64,000 nucleotides of DNA from Mobula hypostoma. Lineage: Eukaryota. Made by a program: the position numbers and the translations under genes. The stretch lies in contig NC_086097.1 of the NCBI RefSeq assembly GCF_963921235.1, positions 103,046,001-103,110,000 of the forward strand. Reading direction: 5' to 3'. Of the stretch, positions 54,041 to 64,000 are shown in pieces (within the stretch, counting starts at the first letter, position 1; each line of letters begins with the position of its first letter). Under the pieces are notes generated by a model. It was not told the origin of the DNA. It did not search any database and saw only the letters and a list, made by a program, of their open reading frames with translations.

Positions 54041-54212
54041 ATAGAAAAAAAATGAAGATCTCAATCTATATTGAAAGAGTGGATTCATCAGCAATGGAGT
54101 GAACGTCAGAGGGATGTCATTTCATAGGTACAAATATTCCAAAATCCGAAACACTTCTGGCCTCAAGCATTTCAGATAAGGGGTGCTCAACCTGTATTTT
54201 TCAGAAAGATTC
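54041..54212 (-). repeat. Inverted duplicate of 55292-55463
   Basis: 172 bp, with one mismatch by manual alignment. Confidence 0.95.
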
Positions 54213-54229
54213 ACTAGTATTTCCAGCAT

Positions 54230-55130
54230 TTGGTTTAACATAGTCAAGTTTATTGTCACATGTGGAGTACATGTATGCCTAGATGCAATGTAAAACATAT
54301 GACTCACACAACATATAAAGTAATATTACCACAAATAATAAAATGTATCCCAGAAGATCGACATTTAGCATAAGTTGCACTTACGACACAATTTTAAAAG
54401 TAAATAGTATAAAGCTACTGGCACTTCATACATGAGACCTGGATGGTGGCAGGGAGTTCAGTAGTCTCAGATCCTGGAGAAGAAGCTGTTTCCCATCCTA
54501 ACAGTTCTTGTCCTAATGCTATGGTACCTTTTGCTGATGGTAGGGGGTCAAAGAGGTAGTGTCACGGATGGAAGGGATCCTTGACACTGCTAAGTGCCCT
54601 GTGTACGCAGCGCGCCTGGTAAATATTTCCAATGGGTGGATGAAAGAAAGACCCCAGTGATTCTCTCAGCAGTCCTCACAACCCTTTGTAGGGTCTTGTG
54701 GTCAGATGCCTTGCAGTTCCCATATCACATGATGGTGCAGCCGGTTAGGACACTGTCAAAGGAACTCCTGTCAAAATTGGTGAGAATGGTGGGGGAAGAG
54801 CCTCGTTCATGTCAGTCTCCACAGACACTGCTGTCTTTCTTGATAAAGAGGTATTAGTAAGGGACCAGATGAGATCGTCCATTATGTGCACTCCCAGAAA
54901 CTTGGTGCTCCTAGCTCTCTCCACAGAGGAGCCACTAACGTGCAGTGAGGTGTGGTCAGCCTGCACCTTCCTAAGGTCTGCAGTCATCTCTTTGGTCTTG
55001 TCCGTGTTGGGACACAAGTTGTTATGCTCGCATTAATCTACAAGCACCTCTAACTCCTCTCTGTACTCTGTCTCGTTATCATTGTTGATGAGGCCAACCA
55101 CTGTTATGTTAGCAGTGAACTTGATTTGGA
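54230..55130 (-). mobile_element. Rex1-like LINE fragment
   Basis: ORF 54745..55017: NTDKTKEMTADLRK...VERARSTKFLGVHI. Confidence 0.8.
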
Positions 55131-55309
55131 TCCATTCAGTCCCATTTACAATAGGCTATTACACAGTCTTTGATCTGGCTATTCTTTTCGGTAGTGGAAT
55201 AAAAGGTTTTGTGGATATTAACTTTTGAAATTAACCAAACTTTTGATGTTGAAACACAGGCCTGTATAATAACTCAGTGAACTGTGGTTGGGAATCTTTT
55301 TGAAAAATA

Positions 55310-56272
55310 CAGGTTGAGCACCCCTTATCTGAAATGCTTGAGGCCAGAAGTGTTTCGGATTTTGGAATATTTGTACCTATGAAATGACATCCCTCTGACG
55401 TTCACTCCATTGCTGATGAATCCACTCTTTCAATATAGATTGAGATCTTCATTTTTTTTCTATTTTTCATTAACTTCTGTTCATTACTTTCAGCATAGAA
55501 ATTTGAATTGTTTGCCTTTCTGTTACTTCAGGTTGTTCCAACGCCATACTCCTCCGTCAGATACCTCACACTTACACCGCTGTCAAGTTTTTCCAATAGC
55601 TTGACTTTGTGTTTATAGATAACCATAAATGCTTACTCTTTTTAAAAAAAATTTCACAATTACCCATAGAGGTAATTACTGGCCTTTCTGACATATTGCA
55701 CAGAGCAGAGAGCAAGTGGTCACATGGGTAATCTCGCTGAGTTATTTATTTGAGACACAGCACAGAATCGACCTTTTGGGCCGTGCTGCCCAGCGGTCGC
55801 CTCGATTTACAACCATAAGACATAGGAGCAGAATTAGGCCTTTCAGCACATTGAGTCTGCTCCGCCATTCCAGCCTAACCCTTGCCTAAACACTGGACAA
55901 TCTACAATACCCAATTAACCTACCAGCCAGTATGTCTTTGGACTGTGGTAGGACACTGGAGCACCTGGAGGAAACCCATGAGGTCACTGGGAGAACATAC
56001 AAACTCCTTACAAGGTAGTGTCAGGATGGTAATGCATGAAGGTATGTCTATGATGATTACTGAGAGCAAACTGGCACCAACAGGGTAGCACTCTGGGCAT
56101 ATGAGGTCACTTCTCAAAACTGTCTGTGGTGCGCAGATACCTGTGCTTTGCCTGGGAACCTTCCCAGCACCTTGTAGAATTTTCGATTTTTGGCATCATG
56201 TCAGTGCTCAAAAAAAAAACAACAAATTGGATTTTGGACATTTTTGTGTTTTCGCATAAGGGTTATCTCTTG
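55310..56272. mobile_element. Tigger4/Zombi-like non-autonomous DNA transposon with nested SINE pieces (about 55740-56015)
   Basis: TA|CAGGTTGAGCACCCCTTATCTGAAATGCTTG left end and decayed right end (TGGCATCATGTCAGTGCTCAAAAA...ATAAGGG). Confidence 0.7.
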
Positions 56273-59083
56273 ATATTTAATACTGCTGATCTCTGACTAT
56301 TTTTGTTCTTCTGAGTGTTTTTAATTGGAATAACTGCCAAAAATATAAGGCTATAAAGAGATTGTAGAGGGGATCTAAGCCAGTCCTTTTTCACCTAGAG
56401 AGTGGTGAGTACCTGGCATGTACTGTTGGAGACTGGTAGCAGCAGGGTTGCCAATATCATTTAAGAAGTGACTCGCCAAGCACTTGATTACCCAGGCACT
56501 GAAGATTACCCAGCGAGGGCTGGGAGAAGGGATTAATACAGATGGGTGCCTGTGGTCAGCATGGACATCATGGGCTGAATGACCCATTTCCATGCTGTAT
56601 GATTCTGACTCCACGATGTAAAGTGTTTTTTTTTACTGATTGGGTTTTGCTTTGCAAGCCTGTGTACCAAATGGGATGTATTTTTGTTCTTTCCTTTCTG
56701 TTATCCTACTATCCTTGAGACTAGATGGGCCAAAGGGCTGGTTTCTGTGCTGTACTTTTCTATGACCCTATACTTTGGTCCTCAGTAATTTTCTGAGTTA
56801 AATGAGTGTGTACAATCTCAACTTTCCTACTCTGAGCTTAAATCGACTATGCAGGACAAGGACCACATGAGAAATTACCTCTACTTCTGTCCAGCTACCA
56901 GAACAGCCACTATCAATTTCTTTACTGTTTCCTTGCACCAAGCTAAGTGACACTAATACTGGGAATGTAAAACTGTTCTATTCGAATGGACAAGCTATCA
57001 TAGATGGGGAAAGACTACATGTCTGGCCATTAATTCCCAGTCTAGCATCCAACCTTAATTTAAAATACTTTCTGAATCACCATTATTTAATTTCAGACAT
57101 TTCTTTCACTGTGAACTGCATACAAATCAAGTGAAATAAACTTGTATAATTATTTAGGTTTGTATTAGCACTAAGATTTAATATTTTATAAATGTTGATC
57201 ATGTGCTACTTGAACTTACCCACCTGTAATTCTTTAATGCCTTAGCTCATTGATTGCAGTCAATTCCAGCCACATCCCAGTTGTAAACATGCTCCAGACC
57301 TAGCCATGTTCCAAATGAGCTGCAGCAATTACATTTGTCCCAAAAGATGAGAAATTGTCCGGGTATTTGTTGTTACCAAAAACAATTCAAACCCAATAGT
57401 CAATCACTGTCCAAGTTCCCTATCATGTCATTAGTAAAATGATAGGAGGTGGCAGCATTAGTCCCACCACCATTTATATGGCTAGAAGTGAGGACGTGTG
57501 ATTATAATTCTGCAGTTCTGTGTTTGTACGAAAAGATGAGACAAAGATCAGGCTTTGGAAAACAGAATGCACACTAAATCTTTGCTAGGTAACAGTTGTT
57601 ATTAAGAGAGTCTCAGCAGTTCCCCTCGACATAATTAAATTTGCTATCACAATGAGCATTGTGAAAGTCACTAGTAATCAGATCCATGAAAGGAAATTGG
57701 AAAAACTGATGTTGAAAATCTGAAATAAAAGCAGAAAGTTCTATGAAAACTATACGTTAATACCGTATCTGCAGAACAAAAAGCAGTTAATGTATTAGCT
57801 CTGCGACCTTAGTAAGAATTTGAATACGCCAGCACAAAGTGGAGAACTGGCATAAATTCAATGGACATAATGTGCTTACAAGACTAGGCCAAAGATTAGG
57901 CATTCTTTTGAGAATGATTCATTTCCTGACTTCCCAAAGCTTTCCCTCACTTTTGGAGTTATGATGAAGCACTTTCTACTTGCCTGGATGAATTCAATTC
58001 CAACAACATGTGAAGATCAACACCATCCATCACTCCACCACAAAGCTGGCAATTTTAAGTATCTGTTGACTGATATGTGAAGGATAAAATATTTTACTAG
58101 CACAGGTAAAAGATGGATGATGTGACCTTGTCTGAATAAAGGAAATTAATTTGTTGGTACAGATCTGCTTGTCTTTTAAAAAAAACTTGCAAAAAAATCA
58201 AAAGCGAGATGTAGAGTGTTCATTTACTCCTTTTCCTTGTGATATCAATACGTTAGAATCAAGACTATTGAGTAAATTGAAGAATAATAATTATTTTGTA
58301 ATACCCTGCAGAAATCGATCTTTTGTATCTACTTCAGTATTTTATATCTGAATGGTTCTAGGGAGCAAATAGATTTCAAAGTGTCAACCTTTGTCATTTA
58401 TATTGTTTCTCTTTGTTTCAGTAACTCTGTTTCCCATGGTATAATTATTCACATTTTCAGTTGTGGATTCCACAACTGTCAAATGTTTCAACACTAGAAG
58501 GATGCTGGTTGGAAAGGTTGTGTTTAATGCAACAGTCATAAAAACAAAGCATCACATGCTGCCATAATTTATCTTTTATTTCAATGAATGTGTTTACTAG
58601 CAGTTATTTATTGTGGTTGTGTAGTTTTGGTTTCTCCTGGAGATAGTGGTGTCCAACTTTGCAAAGGCAAGAAAATGCTCCAGCAGTAGAAACAATTCCA
58701 TTCATAAGCAGTAATGTTGTAGAATATATTTTCTTTACTGTCCTGAAAGGTCTTCTCATTAGTTTTTGTATTCCAATCTGATGACCAGCAGTTATTTCAT
58801 AAACAATTTGCTAACTTTTACATTTTATTTTCATCTTGCTTCATTTTGTGATGATTGAGCTTTAAACCTCTGTCTCAATCAAGCATATAGAAATGACCTT
58901 TCGAGTAATCCTGCACAGTCGTACTTTTTAGCATTTAATATAATGTAGGGAATAACTGTTCTGCTTTAATCAAACATTTTGCTGTAGATTTAGCCATTCA
59001 AAATTCTTGGAAGGAATGCTGCATTAACATTTGTGTGGTAATTTAAATGCTATTTCTAGAATTTAGAATTTACTTAAGTTTTG

Positions 59084-59662
59084 TGTAACGCTCAGGGCTA
59101 TCGGCTCGTGTTTGTCTAGGGGAAACCCCATCTGCCGCCAAACCGTGTCTCACGTTTGTGTAGTTACTGTATAATGCACCCTAGCACAAACTGACACATC
59201 AAATACCAGATAGCACACAATGTACGATTTACAGATTACACTTTATAAATCTTACTGGAACTATGTAATTAATAGAGATACAATATAAAAGGAAAGTAAA
59301 AGGCGCCAAACTTATCAGAGTTCACCCACTTCGTGCACAACAGTTGGAGCTCAATTAATGGGGTGTTCTTTCCACCATTCAATCTCCTCAACCCGGCGCC
59401 TGGGACCAACCACGGTGGTTGACCAGAGCGCGTGCAGCACGTCCTTCCTCTTCAGTTCTCCTCCCGAAAACCTGTGCACTGACCCAGGTTCCCACACATA
59501 CAGATAGAATAACATAGCTTCCATTGGTTAGTTCCTCCGTTATCTATAACTATAACCCAAACATTTCAACTACAGACAACATTACCTCATAGTTAACATT
59601 ACAAAGATGCCATTTCATAATTAGCAGTTAACATTACAGTCAATATTACTAAGAACCCTACA
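59084..59662 (-). mobile_element. Solo LTR related to 674-1399
   Basis: TGTAAC...CTACA. Shares the near-identical block CTTACTGGAACTATGTAATTAATAG...GGCGCCAAACTTATCAGA with the 674-1399 LTR. TSD not evident. Confidence 0.85.
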
Positions 59663-59935
59663 ATTACATCCATCCCACAACGTGAGAGAGTAAAAATCTT
59701 CGCATTATGACTCTGTCGCAATGTACAGATATGTGAATTTAGAAGTCGAATGGCTTGTAGAAAGAAGCTGTCCCGTAGCCTGTTGGTCCTGGCTTTAATG
59801 CTGCGGTAGAGTTTGCCAGATGGAAATAGCTGGAACAGTTTATGGTTGGGGTGACTAGTGTCCCCAATGATCTTCCAGACCTCCTTTCTGCACCTGCTGC
59901 TATGAGTGTCCTCAATGGAGGGAAGTTCACTATTT
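59663..59935 (-). mobile_element. Rex1-like LINE 3' fragment
   Basis: HPNHKLFQLFPSGKLYRSIKARTNRLRDSFF. Confidence 0.85.
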
Positions 59936-60344
59936 TCAACAGGTAAATACAAATGTTAGTAATTGTAAATGTCTTTATCATTAAACAAAGGTGAAGATCT
60001 TGTAAATCAATGCTATGCAATTGGACAAAAAAAAATGCCATGCCATGGGTTAAAGTCGGCTGCTTTTTTTTTTAGTGCTTGTTGATTTATGCAGTACAAA
60101 TTTTGCTTCTAAAGTTTGTACAATGTCAAGTGCAGTATTTTGTTGACTACGCGGGAGGAGGCGGTTGCAGACAAACAGCATAGAAATTGGCTATTTGGCC
60201 TACCATGTCCTTGTGACCAGTAGGCACAAAACTGTATTAATCCCATCTTTCAACACTTGGTCCTTAGCTTTTTATGCCTTGATGATTTAATTGCTCATCT
60301 AACCACTTCAAAACGTTTCAAAATTTACCTCTTAAGTTGTGTCA

Positions 60345-60580
60345 AAGTGCATAGCATAGTGTTTAGCACAATGCTTTTCAGTACAGGTGACCCAGGTTCA
60401 ATTCCTGGCACTGTTTATAAGGAGTTTGTATGTTCTCCCTGTGACAGCATGTGTTTCCTCCCATAATCTCAAATCCGTCCTGGTTAGTAGGTTAATTGGT
60501 CATTGTAAATTGACCATCTGGGCAGCATGGCTTGAAGGGCTTGAAGGGCCGGAAGAGCCTGTTCCATGCTACACCTCAAT
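60345..60580 (+). mobile_element. tRNA-derived V-SINE
   Basis: GGTTCAATTCC B-box followed by GGAGTTTGTATGTTCTCCCTGTGAC. Confidence 0.7.
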
Positions 60581-60629
60581 GAATAATGTGCAAAAAGAAG
60601 ACAGTACTTAAAACATTTTGTTTACTTGT

Positions 60630-62060
60630 GCTTGCTTCTCACAGGTTCACCACCTTTGTCCAATGGGTACTGCATGTAAATACAAGCTCTTGACATAAAA
60701 GGGAATTACTGTGCAAATACATTAAGAAAGAAATAATAAATGAGCAATAAATATCAAGAACATGAGAAAATGAGAAAATCCTTGAAAGTGAGTACATTGA
60801 TTGGGAATATTTCAATGATGGGACAAGAGAAGTTGAGTGAAGTTATCCCCTTTGGTTCAAGAGGCTGATGGTTGAAGGATAGTAACTGTTTCTGTACTTG
60901 GTGATGTGAGTCCCACCTTCCTGATGGGAACAGTGAAAAGAGAACATGTCCTGGGTGGTGGGGGCCTCTAATGATGGATGCTGCTTTCCTGCAACAGTGT
61001 TTCATGTAGCTGTGCTCAGTAGTGGGGAGAGCCTTACCCATGATAGACTGGGCTGTATCCACTACTTTTTGTAGGATTTTCCACTCAATGGCAATGATGT
61101 TTTCATACCAGGCTGTGATGCAGTCAGCCAGTGTACTCTACACTACACATCTATAATAGTTCGTCAGAATTTTAGATGTCATGGCAAATCTCCATAAACT
61201 CCGAAGAAAAGCTGTGCTTTCTTGATAATTGCATATGTACTGGGCCTAGGACAGGTCCTTTGAAATAATAACACCGAGGAATTTTAAGTTACTGACTCTC
61301 TGCACCTCTGATTCTCAGCGAACTGGCTCATGGACCTCTGGTTTCCTTCTCCTGAAGTCAATACTCAGCTCCTTGGTCTTGCTGACATTGAGTAAGAGGT
61401 TGTTGTTATGGTACCACTCAGTCAGATTTTCAGTCTCCCTCCTATATGCTTATTCATCGCCATCTTTGATTTGGCTTACGACGATGGTGTTGTCGGCAAA
61501 TTTGAATGTGGTATTGGAGCTGTGCTTAGCCACACAATCATAAGTATAAAACGAGTAGAGCAGGGGGTTAAGTGCACAGCCCCGTGGTGCACCTGTGCTG
61601 ATGGAGATCATTGAGGAGATGTAGTTGCCAATCCAACTGACTGGGGTCTACAAGTGAGGAAATCAAGGGTTCAATTGCACAAAGAGGTATTGAGGCCAAG
61701 GTATTGAGCTTATTGATTAGTTTTGAGGGGATGTTGATATTGATTGCTGAGCTGTAATCAATAAAGATCAAACTTATGTATGCACCCTTGCTGTCCAGAT
61801 GTTCCAGAGTTGAACAGAGAGCCAATTAGATGGCATCTGCTGTGTACCCGTTGCTCTGTTAAGCAAATTGGAACAATCTAAATCTTTTCTCAGGCAGGTG
61901 TTGATATGTTTCATCACCAGCCCCTCAAAGCATTTAATCACTGAGGACACAAGTGCAATTGGGCGATTGTCATTGAGGCAGATCAGCACGCTCTTCTTGG
62001 GCATTGGTATAATTGAGCCTGCTTGGAGCAGGTGGGTACCTCAGACTGCTGAAGCGAATG
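60630..62060 (-). mobile_element. Rex1-like LINE (RT to 3'UTR)
   Basis: LNDNRPIALVS, FIDYSSA and HPGHVLFSLFPSGR motifs. Confidence 0.85.
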
Positions 62061-62300
62061 GTTCTCACTTTGTATGGACTTGCTTTCAAGGACTCTCATG
62101 TTCTTGATGTTTATTGCTAATTATTTCTTTTTTTCCTTTTGTATTTGCACACTGATTGTTTGTCGCCCTTTTGTTATGGTCTTTCACTGATTCTTGCATA
62201 GTTCTTGGATTTACTGAGTATGCCCACAAGAAAACAAATCTCAGGGTTGTATATGGTGACATGCGTACTTTGTTAAAAAATTTACTTGGAACTTTTAAAC
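62061..62300 (+). mobile_element. Rex1-like 3'UTR fragment in opposite orientation
   Basis: AATCTCAGGGTTGTATATGGTGACAT matches the reverse complement of about 11060-11090. Confidence 0.7.
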
Positions 62301-64000
62301 TTTATCCTTGCATGTAAACTTTGAAAAAATTCTTTATTGGTATAGGAGCCCTCTCAGATTAATGAGAACAAGATGGGAATATTGGTTTGAATGGCGGATT
62401 GAATGTGATGTTATTGACTCATAAAGTGGGCTTGAGAATTTCAGTGGCGTACTCTTGATGTTTGTGTTTTTTGATTAAAACTGAATCTCTAAGGTTGATC
62501 TAAACAAACAAAATGTACCATTGTATGCCCAATGCTTCATAAAGCTACACACCAATACACTTCGTTTTTTTTGAGGTTGTCCTGAAATAGTCTAACAGTC
62601 ATCTCATCTGGAGCTGCACCAGACTGCTGCTGTGTTGATGCCTTCCCTTGCAGTGTGGCATCTCATGAGCATACAGAGACATACTAAGTGAATTCCTTTT
62701 CCTTATTGCCACAAGATCCATATCCTCTCCTGGCCTTGTAGTCTAAGAGCATGAATACGTTGCCAGCAGAGAGGCTGAAAATTCAGTGTTAAAGGATTGC
62801 ATAATCTGCATTTGCATTGAATTTCAGCGTTTAGTTCAATTATTTTAAAATGTACTATTGGCAACAGATGGTGCAAATTAGAATTTCTGTTTACTCAGCT
62901 GAAATATAATATAGTTAGATCTTGGTTGGCAGTCTGATGCTGACGAATAGGCCCAACAAATCTATGTTCCTGCTAGGTGAACAGTTTTAACCCTATCAGT
63001 CCCATATAAAAGGACATTTTATTAAGCTCTCAGTTCTGGATCCAATTAGCTAGAGTGGAAGAAGCTCAGAAGAACAGATTGTGCTTTAAGTAGACGATTG
63101 ACTTCCAGTCTGATTTTGAAATGGTCATCGAGGCCAGTGTACGACTGTGAATTCTTAGACAGATAGGGCAGTTATGCCTGATGAGTTGGATGGGTGCTTT
63201 GTGGAGCAGTCTGGACCATCCAACATTTTCAAATGTCTCTTTGAGCTTCTACTGCATGGTCTTGGTTGTCAATTCTAAATGCCTCTGCTTTAAGCAGTCA
63301 TTGAGACTTTGAGCATGCCAAGAGATGATGGGTATCGTGCATTTCTTCAGAAGGACTTTTAATCTGCGAGTCTGTTCTTCAATTCATCTGATAAACTACT
63401 TCTATGGCAAAACTCAGAGTGCCTTTTCCAGTAGTCTGATGTCAGGGACTGTGTAAGAAAAACTTGCCACCTAGATGACCTTTGCTTTGAGTCAATTTGG
63501 GACTTTTTCTTTCATCTTCAAGGCATTATTTAAATGTTCACCCTCTAAGCTGCTCTGCAGGTTGAAAATTTCACCTTTGCAAAATCCACAAGGAATGATT
63601 GTTCAGGTTCTTTATTTCCAATGAATTAATCATTTTGAATTGCAAAAAGAAACTCAATTGAGGCTGAAATTAGGCATTAAAATGTAAATAATCTATCACA
63701 AGGACACTCAGCAAGATGACTTCAAATAAAAGAAATAGAAACTGAAGGCGAATAGGATTGAAGGTCCCTTGAGCTATTTTCATTTGTGCTTGATTAGTTA
63801 AAGTGCATTTGCTGAGCTTACTTATTAGGCAATGCCAGGGTGGAAATCAGTCATTTGCCTCTATCGGATTAATTTAGAAGCAAATAATGGACACATTTGG
63901 AGCTGTGTCAATTTTGATGGAGGTGCTACCAGAGTTCATTAGTGCATTAGTTCTGCTCTGGCGTTAACTGAAATACTTAGTTGTCACTTCTTCCTCATTT

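Overview
Eukaryotic, repeat-dense genomic DNA, most likely from a cartilaginous fish (ray/skate-like repeat landscape; this is inference). The window lies inside a plus-strand tau-tubulin kinase gene, best matching TTBK2. Four consecutive kinase-domain exons (8568-8715, 37602-37675, 43297-43437, 53739-53843) splice in frame with GT-AG boundaries. The start-codon exon and downstream exons were not found. The introns hold nested transposable elements: a deleted Gypsy provirus with PNMA-like gag, three solo LTRs, CR1, Rex1-like, RTE, Nimb/I, L1 and Tx1 LINEs, V-SINEs, Tigger and mariner derivatives, and Penelope-like elements. The most notable unannotated signals are: (1) a family of about 200-230 bp fold-back, TSD-flanked Penelope-derived insertions carrying minimal hammerhead-ribozyme motifs, with intact cores at 32769-32806 and 48115-48152 on the pre-mRNA strand; (2) a 171/172-identical inverted duplication 200 bp downstream of an exon; (3) a 5'-inverted RTE insertion. 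Element boundaries without a TSD are approximate, and family names come from motif recognition, not database searches.
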